From an uncultured Clostridiaceae bacterium (lineage in GTDB: Bacteria; Bacillota; Clostridia; TANB77; CAG-465), in assembly GCA_964653805.1 (NCBI GenBank), contig CAZZFS010000004.1:4182-68181 (forward strand): a DNA stretch of 64,000 nt, read 5' to 3'. Under the pieces are notes generated by a model. That model worked only from the letters and a program-made list of their open reading frames with translations. It did not search any database and had not been told where the DNA came from. Position numbers and translations under genes: made by a program. Positions 30,842 through 40,609 of this stretch are shown piece by piece; positions within the stretch are counted from its first letter, which is position 1, and each line of letters begins with the position of its first letter.

Positions 30842-31417
30842 TTAGTTCCACCAACCTTCATCTTCTTCATCATCCTCGTCATCATCATCATCCAAAATAT
30901 TATCATACATAATTAACATCCAAATTCCATTTTGAAATGAATTATTTGAACTATATGCAGATATTGGCATTTGCGAACCATAAAATCCATTATAACCGCT
31001 ATAACCGCTATAATAACCACCTTTATTATTGAATGAATTATTATATTTTGATGTTTTAACAGGCTTCGACATTATTGTTGAAGTACTAGTAGTAACTGGT
31101 TTTGATATATTCTCTGTTCCTGAAGTAGTACTTGGTTTTGATGTTGTTGTAGTTGCTGGCTTTGAAACAGAATCAGATCCAGTTGTTGTAGTTGCTGGTT
31201 TGGATGTCGTTGTTGTAGTTGGCTTTGATGTTGTCGTCGTTGTTGACGGCTTTGATGTTGTCGTTGTTGTTGACGGCTTTGATGTTGTAACCGGTTTCGA
31301 TACTGTAACTGGCCTTGATACTGATACCTTAGCTGATACTGCATAAACATTACCACTACCCAAAAACATTAAACACATTAACACCACAAAAATTAAACTA
31401 AACCGTTTATTTTTCAT
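30842..31417 (-). CDS. secreted Thr/Ser-rich repeat protein with poly-acidic C-terminus
   Basis: Signal peptide (MKNKRFSLIFVVLMCLMFLGSGNVYA), SKP(S/A)TTTTT repeats, a DDDDEDDEEDEGWWN tail, and underlying ~27-bp DNA repeats. Confidence 0.6.
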   Translation of the reverse strand: MKNKRFSLIFVVLMCLMFLGSGNVYAVSAKVSVSRPVTVSKPVTTSKPSTTTTTSKPSTTTTTSKPTTTTTSKPATTTTGSDSVSKPATTTTSKPSTTSGTENISKPVTTSTSTIMSKPVKTSKYNNSFNNKGGYYSGYSGYNGFYGSQMPISAYSSNNSFQNGIWMLIMYDNILDDDDDEDDEEDEGWWN

Positions 31418-31621
31418 TTTTCCTCCTAAAATTTTATTTAGATTTTATATTTTTTGATTAGAATATTTTAACATGTTTTTATTTTTATGTCAAGTTTTTT
31501 AAATATATTAATCAAATTATTGACTACAAAGCATTATCATTGTATAATATCGATATAATTTGATGTATTTATTACTTGATTAATATTTAGTATGTAAAAA
31601 TTTAAAAGGAGGATTTTTAAA

Positions 31622-32917
31622 ATGTCTGATGTTAAAAATACAAATACTGAAGAAAGAAAACTTGACAAATGGGAAGAATCATATCTTTTCATAAAAGGTT
31701 ATGCCCTGGCTAAAAAAATGGAAAATACACTTATTGCTTTAAGTGTTGCAATTCAAAAACATGAAGGTCAATTTCGGAAAGGTGGAGAACCATATATAAT
31801 TCATCCACTCACAGTAGCAGCTTATTTGATCAATTTGGATATTGATGACGATATAATTTGCGCAGCTGCATTATTGCATGATGTTGTTGAGGATTGTAAT
31901 TTACCTAATAATGGTGAAGAATTCGTACAACTATATCACCTTGATCCAGAGGTTTTAGAAATTGTACTTTTGCTCACAAAAGAAAGTGGTTATGATGAAA
32001 GAGAGTATTATGAAAAAATTAAAGAAAATGAAAAAGCTTTGATAATAAAACTCTCTGACAGGGCGAATAATTTATCTACATTATCCGTTTTCAAATTCGA
32101 AAAAATGGAAAAATACGTAATCGAAACACAAAATTTTATTTTCCCACTTTGTAAACATGGAAAAGATTATTATCCTCATCTTTCAAATGCAATAACCATA
32201 ATCAAATATCAACTGGTTTCTGTGTGCGAAACAATTAAATCTCTGCTTAATATGAAAGATGTAGATGAAATTGATTTTTCTATTTACAGAAAAACTTTCT
32301 TATTCATACGTGGTTACGCAAAAGGTAAAAAAATGATTAACACCTTAATTGCTCTTGCTCTTGCAGAAATATATCACAAAGATCAACTTAGACAAACTGG
32401 CGATCCTTTTATAATTCATCCTTTAAGGGTATGTTCATATTTAATAAGTTTAGGTATTGATGATGATGCAACTTGTGCAGCAGCATTATTACATGAAATC
32501 TTAAAAAAATGTCATTTACCTAATAAAGGAATTGAAATCGTTGAGAAATATGGTATTTCTCAAGAAGTTTTGGAATTAATTCATTTAGTTTCAAAAGATC
32601 CTAAACTTTCAAAAGAAGTCTATTATGATAATTTAAAAACAAACTACAAAGCGCTACTTATTAAATTATCTAATAGAGCTCATACTTGTACAACTTTAGT
32701 TTCTTGTACTAAAGAAGAAAAAGAAGATTATTTAGATGAAAATCTAAACTTCATTTTTCAATTAGGAAGATATGCTAAATCATATTATCCTAAATATTCT
32801 GATGAAGTAATTAATATGGAATTTCATATTCAATCTGTAACAGAAATAATTAAATACTTCATAAAAATTCAAGAAACTGAAAAAGAAGATTTAAACAATA
32901 TTAACTTATCAGAATAA
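31622..32917 (+). CDS. tandem-duplicated HD-domain protein related to (p)ppGpp hydrolase (SpoT/SAH-like)
   Basis: Two homologous halves. Half 1 has IIHPLTVAAYL...LLHDVVED. Half 2 has IIHPLRVCSYL...LLHEILKK, with HD changed to HE and ED changed to KK. Confidence 0.65.
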   Translation: MSDVKNTNTEERKLDKWEESYLFIKGYALAKKMENTLIALSVAIQKHEGQFRKGGEPYIIHPLTVAAYLINLDIDDDIICAAALLHDVVEDCNLPNNGEEFVQLYHLDPEVLEIVLLLTKESGYDEREYYEKIKENEKALIIKLSDRANNLSTLSVFKFEKMEKYVIETQNFIFPLCKHGKDYYPHLSNAITIIKYQLVSVCETIKSLLNMKDVDEIDFSIYRKTFLFIRGYAKGKKMINTLIALALAEIYHKDQLRQTGDPFIIHPLRVCSYLISLGIDDDATCAAALLHEILKKCHLPNKGIEIVEKYGISQEVLELIHLVSKDPKLSKEVYYDNLKTNYKALLIKLSNRAHTCTTLVSCTKEEKEDYLDENLNFIFQLGRYAKSYYPKYSDEVINMEFHIQSVTEIIKYFIKIQETEKEDLNNINLSE

Positions 32918-33010
32918 AAAACTTAACCTAAAATAAAAAAACAACTCATGCGAGTTGTTTTTTTATTTATATATTTTTTTGAATTTTATCTATATTTAAT
33001 TCTTTAATAT

Positions 33011-33400
33011 TTATTTAACTTCTGCTTTCCATAAACCATGTTTGTTACAATACGCATATATTGTTGAATTTGGAATATATTTAAATCTTGTCGCTGTTTC
33101 TTGTTCTGGATATAACGTAACTCTTGAACTTTTGTTATCAGAAACTAAAGCTATCCACATTATATAATGATCTTTTTGCATTGGATGCTCTACTTCTCCA
33201 ACATGTACAACTATTTCATCTTCTACTTTTTCATAAACTGGAACATGTTTTTCAACTGCACCATCTGAAGTATTTGCTTTCATCAATTCCATATTTTTTC
33301 CACAACAAACAACTGGAACACCACTGTCTTTTATTAATCCAATTTGATTTCCACAAATAGGACAAATATAAAATTTAACGTTTTCTTTCATATTATTCAC
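33011..33400 (-). CDS. dfx: desulfoferrodoxin (superoxide reductase, 2Fe-SOR)
   Basis: N-terminal CPICG...CCG desulforedoxin-like site and an EKHVP neelaredoxin-type centre. Confidence 0.8.
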   Translation of the reverse strand: MNNMKENVKFYICPICGNQIGLIKDSGVPVVCCGKNMELMKANTSDGAVEKHVPVYEKVEDEIVVHVGEVEHPMQKDHYIMWIALVSDNKSSRVTLYPEQETATRFKYIPNSTIYAYCNKHGLWKAEVK

Positions 33401-33488
33401 TCACCTTTCATAATTAAAATTAATAATGTAATTTATATTATCAAGTATGTTATACATTATATCATACTTATAAGTACTTATCAATTTT

Positions 33489-33773
33489 TTATTTATTTTT
33501 AGAATTTTCTATTTTATTTATAAAAAGAAAAAATATTTCTTTAGTATTTAAACCCTTTTCTTTTAATATGTTATATTCTTTTACATTTTCTTTTCTATGA
33601 AAATATGTACAGTTTTCGCAAGCAAGTAATCCATTTTGTTTTAATATATATCCACCAAACAAATCATATTTTTCTTCTTCTTTACAAATTTCATAAAAAG
33701 GGCAATAACATAATGAACAATCAAAATTTTCTTTTTCTAAATCATGACATCTAAAATATTTACATTTATTCAA
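33489..33773 (-). CDS. small cysteine-rich protein (10 Cys in 94 aa)
   Basis: Lies 30 bp downstream of nrdJ on the same strand. Cys pattern CxxxxC...CxCxC...CxxC. Function unknown. Confidence 0.45.
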   Translation of the reverse strand: MNKCKYFRCHDLEKENFDCSLCYCPFYEICKEEEKYDLFGGYILKQNGLLACENCTYFHRKENVKEYNILKEKGLNTKEIFFLFINKIENSKNK

Positions 33774-33803
33774 TATTTCACCCTCTTTATATATTTTTTT
33801 AGT

Positions 33804-36320
33804 TTAGTTACATTTACTCCAACCACAACCTTTGATACAAACTACACATCCACCTTGTGAAACTAATTCTTCTCCACATTCTGGACATATTCTTTTCCCT
33901 AATTCTTTATTATCAATTATATTTAATTCTTTTAGTTCTTTAACTTTTAATGTTTCTGGTTTTATATCTACATTTATTGGTTGTTCATCTGTATTTAATT
34001 TAAATACTCTTTTGCTTTTTCTTAAAACCAATTCATCTCTTGCATATTCTTGTGCTAAAGCTTTACTAACTATATCTGGGCATGAAAGTCCATCTAATTT
34101 TCTTCCTCTTGCTATTTCACCTCTACAAGCTTGACATTGTATACCTTGTATTTGTTCTATTAAAACATCTACTTTAATACCAGCTCTTAAACCAGCAGAT
34201 AATATTCTTCCAATAGCATCTATATTTGATTTACAAATACCTGCTTTTGAAGTATTTATAAATATCTCAATTAAATTACCTTCTTGATCACGATTTACTG
34301 TTATCCATAAAGAACCACATGCTGTTTTATATTTATTAGTTGTTCCTAAAGTAGTACCAAAAGCTTCTCTTGGAACAGGATCTATATAATTAAATCTAAC
34401 TCCAACTGCACTATCACCTTTTATAACTTGTTCTGTTTTAACACTACCTTTTGGTGGTAATATAACAGTTTCTTTATTTTGTGGTATGATTTCTTCTTTA
34501 TTTTCTAATATTTCTTCTACTTTATTAACTTCTTTTTCTTTAACTTCTTCTTTTTTAGTAATTAAAATACCTTCTCTTAATTCATTAGGTCTAAATATAG
34601 TACAACCTTTTATTCCTGCTCTATGACAATAATCATAAATTTCTTTTGTATCTTCAAAACTATAATCTTCTGGAATATTTATTGTTTTACTAGCACTCAT
34701 ATTTACATATTTAGTAACAGCTTCTAATATTTTCAAATGAGCATCAACTGGTAATTCTAAAGCTGTAACAAAAACATCCTCTTCTACTACTTTATCTTTA
34801 GTATTTAACCATAACTCATAACCATAATCTCTCATAGTTACTATTTGTATATTAGAATCATCTTGTCCTCCAACTTTTATTTTTCTATCATATTCAATTG
34901 AAAATATTGGTTCTAAACCTGAAGAACAATTATTACCATATACTAAACTTATTGTTCCATTTGGTGCTATAGACATATGTCTTAAATTTCTTATACCATA
35001 TTCTAATATATCCTCTTTGATTTTTAACCATTCAGAATCATTAGCTATCATCTTATTCATAAACTCTGTATTTACATATTTTTGTTTATCTAAAAATTTC
35101 GCACTACCTTTTTCTTTTGCAATTTTAATAGATGCTCTATATACTGATTTTGTAACAAAATTCATAAAGTTTTCTGTGAATTTAACACAATCTGCTTCAC
35201 CATATTTTAAACCAAGCATTGTATACATTGTAGCAAGTCCCATTACACCAAGACCTATAACTCTCATGTTTTCTTGATATTTTTTAAATTTATCAACTGG
35301 GTAATAATTTATATCTATTATATTATCTAAAAATCTTGTTCCCCAATATGCAGCATCTGCAAGTTTTGCCCAATTTATTCTTGCTTCTTTAGTATATGGA
35401 TTTTCTACAAAATTAAATGCTACTAAACTTCCTAAATTACAAGCTCCCCAGTAATCATTGCTATTTTCTATATTATCACCATATAAAACACCAGATACAT
35501 ATTCACCACAAGGATTTGTACACATTATATTTTCCATATAATTTGTAGGATTTAATTTGTTTAAATTATCATAAAAAAGTATTCCTGGTTCTCCATTATT
35601 ATATGCTAACTTAATTATTTTATTCCATAAATCAAGAGCATTTATTTTTTTCTTTACATCCCATTTAGCTGGATCTTTTATTATTTCACCTTTTTCATTA
35701 TATACTGGGAAATGCAAATATATCTCTTCATTGTTATTTTTTGCCTTCATAAAATCATCATCTACCATAACTGATAAATTAAAATATTTAAGTTCATTAG
35801 CATCTTTTGATTTTGCATATATAAATTCAAGTATATCTGGGTGATATATATTTAACACACCCATATTAGCGCCTCTTCTACTACCTTGATTTACTGTTGC
35901 TGTTTGCATATCAAATACTCTTAAAAAACTTATAGGCCCCGAAGCAATAGCATCATTTTTTGTTGGTGTTCCTGCTGGTCTTAATTTACTTGCATCATAA
36001 CCAGAACCACCGCCACCTTTGTGAACTAATGCACCATATTTTACAGTATCAAATATTCCTTCCATATCATCAGGTATTGAATTTAATGTAAAACAATTAT
36101 TTAAAGTAAGTTTTGTTTTTCCAAGACCAATATTTGAAATTATTCTACCACCCGGAAAAAATAATCCTTGATCAATCACTCTATAAAAATCATTATATTC
36201 TTGTTCTCTATTTAAAGATGCACCTTTGGCTATTCTATGCATTTGTTCATCATATGTTTCATCATTTTTGCAATATCTGTCTTTCCAGATTTGCTCACTT
36301 ATTAAATTTGTAAATTTCAT
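33804..36320 (-). CDS. nrdJ: adenosylcobalamin-dependent ribonucleotide reductase (class II, NrdJ) with C-terminal Cys-rich zinc ribbon
   Basis: NPCGE active-site motif of class I/II RNRs, a monomeric ~840-aa protein, C-terminal CPECGEEL...CVVCIKGCGWSKC. The start MKFTN at 36320 is supported by a GGAGG RBS. Confidence 0.8.
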   Translation of the reverse strand: MKFTNLISEQIWKDRYCKNDETYDEQMHRIAKGASLNREQEYNDFYRVIDQGLFFPGGRIISNIGLGKTKLTLNNCFTLNSIPDDMEGIFDTVKYGALVHKGGGGSGYDASKLRPAGTPTKNDAIASGPISFLRVFDMQTATVNQGSRRGANMGVLNIYHPDILEFIYAKSKDANELKYFNLSVMVDDDFMKAKNNNEEIYLHFPVYNEKGEIIKDPAKWDVKKKINALDLWNKIIKLAYNNGEPGILFYDNLNKLNPTNYMENIMCTNPCGEYVSGVLYGDNIENSNDYWGACNLGSLVAFNFVENPYTKEARINWAKLADAAYWGTRFLDNIIDINYYPVDKFKKYQENMRVIGLGVMGLATMYTMLGLKYGEADCVKFTENFMNFVTKSVYRASIKIAKEKGSAKFLDKQKYVNTEFMNKMIANDSEWLKIKEDILEYGIRNLRHMSIAPNGTISLVYGNNCSSGLEPIFSIEYDRKIKVGGQDDSNIQIVTMRDYGYELWLNTKDKVVEEDVFVTALELPVDAHLKILEAVTKYVNMSASKTINIPEDYSFEDTKEIYDYCHRAGIKGCTIFRPNELREGILITKKEEVKEKEVNKVEEILENKEEIIPQNKETVILPPKGSVKTEQVIKGDSAVGVRFNYIDPVPREAFGTTLGTTNKYKTACGSLWITVNRDQEGNLIEIFINTSKAGICKSNIDAIGRILSAGLRAGIKVDVLIEQIQGIQCQACRGEIARGRKLDGLSCPDIVSKALAQEYARDELVLRKSKRVFKLNTDEQPINVDIKPETLKVKELKELNIIDNKELGKRICPECGEELVSQGGCVVCIKGCGWSKCN

Positions 36321-36458
36321 TTTTATTACCTCCACTAATACATTTTGTTTTTTATTTTTTCTATATTTTTACTATTATTATTTAAATCTTTTGTACTTAA
36401 TTTAAAAACAACTTTAATGTGATTTTTTTATGTTTCTTAATACATTCTAAAAAGCACT

Positions 36459-36508
36459 CAACATACAAATTGTTGTTTTAAAAACTTTCTAAAACACAAT
36501 ATATTGTG
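36459..36508. promoter_or_regulatory. putative NrdR operator: strong palindrome acacaatatattgtgt (36493-36508) plus a weaker partner (36459-36476) about 32 bp upstream
   Basis: The 16-bp palindrome matches the NrdR-box consensus acaCwAtATaTwGtgt. It lies about 175 bp upstream of nrdJ. Confidence 0.55.
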
Positions 36509-36820
36509 TTTTGATATCTATTTTATATCATTTTTATTTTTCAAAGTCAATACTTTTTTTATTACATTTTTATTACCTTTTTATGTATACATTTAACAAT
36601 ATATATTTATTAATTTATACAACAAAAATATACTACATAAAATATATACTATATGTAAAAAATAAAAGTATTTAAAAATTCCAATTCAATTATTTTTTTA
36701 TATTTATCATTATTGTATATTATTAATTTATATGCTAAAATATTAAACATGTTAAATTATATTCCTTTTTACATATATATATTTTACTAAATTAAAAATA
36801 ATTATTTTGAGGAGAAGAAA

Positions 36821-37294
36821 ATGAAAAAAATCAAAATTTACATTAACACTTTGCAACGGATTTATTTTGAAAGAAAAAAACTAAAAGAAAAATTTGGAAC
36901 TACAAAAATAAAAAAACAATTTTATTTAGTTAAATACTACATATACAATAAATTGTTTTTTAAATTTCTTTTTGTTGGGATTTTCACAAAAAAATTTTCT
37001 ATAAACTTAAAATCAGAAACAATAGGTTATGTTGATAGTCCAATTGGAACACGTATAAGTTTATTTTTAATCAAGTTATTTATAAAAACATTTAAAAATA
37101 ACAAATTAATAAATAAATATATACCTATTAATTTTATATTTTCTTTAGGAAATATTTTTCCTCGTATGAGTGTAAAAATTCCTTTTTCGAATGAAATTTT
37201 ATTTACAAATATTGCAGAAGATTTAGGATTTGAAGTTTTTGATGAAGAGTTAAATGGAAGAAAAACAAAATATTATTTAAAAATTGTTTATTAA
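36821..37294 (+). CDS. hypothetical small protein
   Basis: GAGGAG RBS 7 nt upstream and a terminator hairpin at 37303-37343 downstream. Confidence 0.45.
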   Translation: MKKIKIYINTLQRIYFERKKLKEKFGTTKIKKQFYLVKYYIYNKLFFKFLFVGIFTKKFSINLKSETIGYVDSPIGTRISLFLIKLFIKTFKNNKLINKYIPINFIFSLGNIFPRMSVKIPFSNEILFTNIAEDLGFEVFDEELNGRKTKYYLKIVY

Positions 37295-37302
37295 AACAAT
37301 AA

Positions 37303-37343
37303 AAATGACTGATTTTACAAATGTAATTTCAGTCATTTTTATA
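37303..37343. terminator. rho-independent terminator
   Basis: aaatgactga...tcagtcattttt hairpin between convergent genes. Confidence 0.55.
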
Positions 37344-37376
37344 TTATAATTTTTTAATTATTTTTTAATTATTTTT

Positions 37377-38192
37377 TTATTCTTCTATATCTGCTAAACT
37401 CATTCTAAAATTTTCTTCAAAATTACAAAAATCATTTTTCATAACATTTATATCCGAAAACAAATAATTTTGTTGTATTGAAACATGCTTCATTTTGCTA
37501 AGTTCAAGAGCACCTAAAAAAGCTGTTACTATCTCTATATTTTGACAATCATCAGTATTATATATTTCATTAAATACCATATTATCATTATTTTTTAAAT
37601 AAGTTACGATTTGTCTTACTTTATCTTTTATTGTAACTTTTTCATAAATAGCTATTTTTTGTATTTCTTTTGCATTTCTATTTAATTTATTAGCATTTCT
37701 TTCAATTAAATCTGTATATAACAAATTAAGTTCATGAACATCTAAACTTTGTCCTTCATATTTAGTTGATTTTTTAAATTTTATTTTTTCAAAAGATTTT
37801 GAGAAAGAACCAAAATTTTCAGAATATATATCATTTATATGTAATGCTACTTCTTTATATTTTTTATATTCAATTATACGTGCAATTAAATCTTCTTCTG
37901 TTAATTCTTCTTCATCTTCTTTAGGCTCTATAGCAGGTAATAATTTTCTTGCTTTAATATCTAATAACGTAGCAGCCATAACAATAAATTCGCTTGTTAT
38001 TTCTAAATCTTGTTTATTCATTTCATCTAAAAATTTTATATATTCATCTGTTAATTCACTTAAAGAAATATCAAATATACTCATTTTATTTTTACTAATT
38101 AAAAACAATAATAAATCTAAAGGTCCTTCAAAATTTTCAATAACCACATTATGCTTACTATTATTATTAAATATACTTATGTTTTTTTGCAT
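37377..38192 (-). CDS. scpA: segregation and condensation protein A
   Basis: FEGPLDLLLFLI kleisin N-terminal motif. Confidence 0.8.
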   Translation of the reverse strand: MQKNISIFNNNSKHNVVIENFEGPLDLLLFLISKNKMSIFDISLSELTDEYIKFLDEMNKQDLEITSEFIVMAATLLDIKARKLLPAIEPKEDEEELTEEDLIARIIEYKKYKEVALHINDIYSENFGSFSKSFEKIKFKKSTKYEGQSLDVHELNLLYTDLIERNANKLNRNAKEIQKIAIYEKVTIKDKVRQIVTYLKNNDNMVFNEIYNTDDCQNIEIVTAFLGALELSKMKHVSIQQNYLFSDINVMKNDFCNFEENFRMSLADIEE

Positions 38193-38207
38193 AATTTTAC
38201 CCTTCTT

Positions 38208-38924
38208 TTAACATTTTATAGCTATTTCTAAAGCTATTTTCATCATTTCATCAAATGATTTTTCTCTATCTTCTGAAGATAAACTCTCACCCTTTAAAGG
38301 TCTATCAGATATAGTTAAAATAGATAAAGCATTTTTATTAGCTTTTATTGCATTTGCATATAATGCTAATGTTTCCATTTCAACAGCAAGTATTCCTTTA
38401 TTTGCCAACTCTTTTTCTTCTTCCATATCATTATAGAAAATATCTGATGTAAATATTTTACCAATTTTAACAGATTTATTTTCAGCTGCTACAACCTCTT
38501 TTAATTTTGAAAGTAAATCATCACTTGCAACTGGAGATATTTTATCAAACATTTTATTTGTTAAATAATTTGAATCTGTATCAACTTCTTTTGCAACAAC
38601 TATATCTCTTAAATTAACGCCTTCTGCTAAAGCACCAGCAGATCCTATCCTTATAATGTTATCCACATTATAAGCTTCAAATAACTCAGTAGAATATATT
38701 GCCATAGAAGGTATTCCCATTCCACTACCTTGAATTGAAATTTCAACACCTTTATATGTTCCAGTGTATCCAAACATTCCTCTCACTTTATTATAACAAA
38801 CAGGATTTTCTAAATATTTTCCAGCTATATATTTGCATCTTAATGGATCACCTGGCATTAAAACTGTTTTAGCTATATCACCATAATTAGCACTATTATG
38901 AGGTGTTGGTGTATTAATTTTCAT
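38208..38924 (-). CDS. deoD: purine nucleoside phosphorylase DeoD-type
   Basis: VLMPGDPLRCKYIA motif, ~235 aa of the PNP/UDP phosphorylase family. Confidence 0.85.
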   Translation of the reverse strand: MKINTPTPHNSANYGDIAKTVLMPGDPLRCKYIAGKYLENPVCYNKVRGMFGYTGTYKGVEISIQGSGMGIPSMAIYSTELFEAYNVDNIIRIGSAGALAEGVNLRDIVVAKEVDTDSNYLTNKMFDKISPVASDDLLSKLKEVVAAENKSVKIGKIFTSDIFYNDMEEEKELANKGILAVEMETLALYANAIKANKNALSILTISDRPLKGESLSSEDREKSFDEMMKIALEIAIKC

Positions 38925-38939
38925 ATTGTATTCAACTCC

Positions 38940-39365
38940 TTAATTTTCAAAATCACTTTTTACAAAACCTCTTCTATATAAATATTGTTTTAATTTTATT
39001 TCATCCATGATTTTAGATTTAGCAATGGTTATTTTTTCTATTGCTAAATTTTCATAATTTGTTTTTTTGAAATTTTGTAATTTTTCTTCAATTATACATT
39101 TTTTTATACCTTTTTGCAATAGTTTTTGTTTTATTTCATATATAGAATATTTTAATAGACGCATATTTTGTCTCAAATATGCGTCTATATAATCATTGTC
39201 ATCTATATATTTATAGTCTTTTAAAAAAAATATTACTTTATCAATAATTTCTTCTTCACAACCAATTCGTTTTAATTTAGTTCTAACTTCATATTCAGTC
39301 TTTTTAGCAACAAAAACATACTTTATAGCTTTTTCTTTTGCTACTTGAAATTCCATAGATAACAA
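38940..39365 (-). CDS. recX: RecX-like regulatory protein
   Basis: Helical-repeat protein immediately downstream of recA. Modest confidence. Confidence 0.55.
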   Translation of the reverse strand: MLSMEFQVAKEKAIKYVFVAKKTEYEVRTKLKRIGCEEEIIDKVIFFLKDYKYIDDNDYIDAYLRQNMRLLKYSIYEIKQKLLQKGIKKCIIEEKLQNFKKTNYENLAIEKITIAKSKIMDEIKLKQYLYRRGFVKSDFEN

Positions 39366-39383
39366 TCCTCCTAAATTTATATT

Positions 39384-40439
39384 TTATTCAACGTCATCTT
39401 CTTCTTTTTCTTTTTCTAAAGAAGAAAAATCAGTCATACTTTTTTCAAAAGCAACACTATAATTTTCTCTTACTTTTTCTTCTATTTCTTTCATTATATC
39501 TTTATGTTCTTTAAAATAAGTTTTAGCATTCTCTCTACCTTGTCCAATTTTTTGACCATTGTATGCAAACCAAGCTCCACTTTTATCAACGATATCCATT
39601 TCAACAGCAAGATCTAATACACAACCTTCATTAGAAATACCTTCACCATATACAATATCAAAAATCGCTTCTCTAAAAGGTGGTGCAACTTTATTTTTAA
39701 CAACTTTAACTTTAGTTCTTGTACCAGTAACTTCACCATTAGTTTTTATAGCTTCTTGTTTTCTAACATCTAATCTTACTGAAGAATAAAATTTTAAAGC
39801 TCTTCCACCAGGAGTTGTTTCAGGATTACCAAACATTACTCCAACTTTTTCACGCAATTGATTTATAAATATAGCAACTGTTTTTGATTTTGCAAGAACT
39901 CCAGTTAATTTTCTTAAAGCTTGAGACATAAGTCTTGCTTGTAAACCAATATGACTATCACCCATTTCACCATCTATTTCTGCTTTTGGTACAAGTGCTG
40001 CAACTGAATCAATAGCTATTAAATCAACTGCTCCACTTCTAATTAATTGTTCTGTTATTTCTAAAGCTTGCTCACCCGTATCTGGTTGAGAAACAATTAA
40101 ATTATCTATATCAACACCTAAATTTCTAGCATATACAGGATCTAAAGCATGTTCAGCATCAATAAATGCTGCTACTCCACCTTGTTTTTGCGCTTCTGCT
40201 ATTGCATGTAATGCAACAGTTGTTTTACCAGAAGATTCAGGTCCATATATTTCAATAACCCTTCCTCTTGGAAATCCACCTATTCCTAAAGCTATATCCA
40301 AACTCAATGCCCCACTTGGAATTGAATCTATACTTACTTTACCTATTTCACCAAGTTTCATTACTGAACCCTTACCAAAATTTTTTTCAATTTGTGCTAA
40401 TGCTATATCTAAAGCTTTTTTTCTTTCTTCTGATATCAT
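39384..40439 (-). CDS. recA: recombinase RecA
   Basis: GPESSGKTT Walker A and the full RecA core. Start corrected to MISEERKK at 40439 with a GGGGGA RBS. The track's start is a TTG inside the RBS. Confidence 0.95.
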   Translation of the reverse strand: MISEERKKALDIALAQIEKNFGKGSVMKLGEIGKVSIDSIPSGALSLDIALGIGGFPRGRVIEIYGPESSGKTTVALHAIAEAQKQGGVAAFIDAEHALDPVYARNLGVDIDNLIVSQPDTGEQALEITEQLIRSGAVDLIAIDSVAALVPKAEIDGEMGDSHIGLQARLMSQALRKLTGVLAKSKTVAIFINQLREKVGVMFGNPETTPGGRALKFYSSVRLDVRKQEAIKTNGEVTGTRTKVKVVKNKVAPPFREAIFDIVYGEGISNEGCVLDLAVEMDIVDKSGAWFAYNGQKIGQGRENAKTYFKEHKDIMKEIEEKVRENYSVAFEKSMTDFSSLEKEKEEDDVE

Positions 40440-40609
40440 ATAATTATCCCCCTTCAAAAACTATTCAAACATTTGTTCAGTTGAATTATACTATTAAAAA
40501 AAAACATTGTCAATACTTTTTTTGTTTTTTTTATAATATTTTTTAATAACTACATTTTAAAATATTTAAGAAGATATAATTTGAAATTATATCTTCTTAA
40601 ATATTAAAT

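Noticed and set aside
31029-31356. ORFs 31029-31346(+) and 31072-31356(-) with V/G/D-rich or Q-rich translations
   Set aside because: They are alternative frames of the repetitive Thr-rich secreted-protein gene (30842-31417). They are artefacts of the 27-bp DNA repeats.
36336-36820. Possible cobalamin riboswitch in the long nrdJ upstream region
   Set aside because: No B12-box (GCCACUG-like) or GC-rich core is present. The region is almost pure AT, with only the NrdR-type palindrome standing out.
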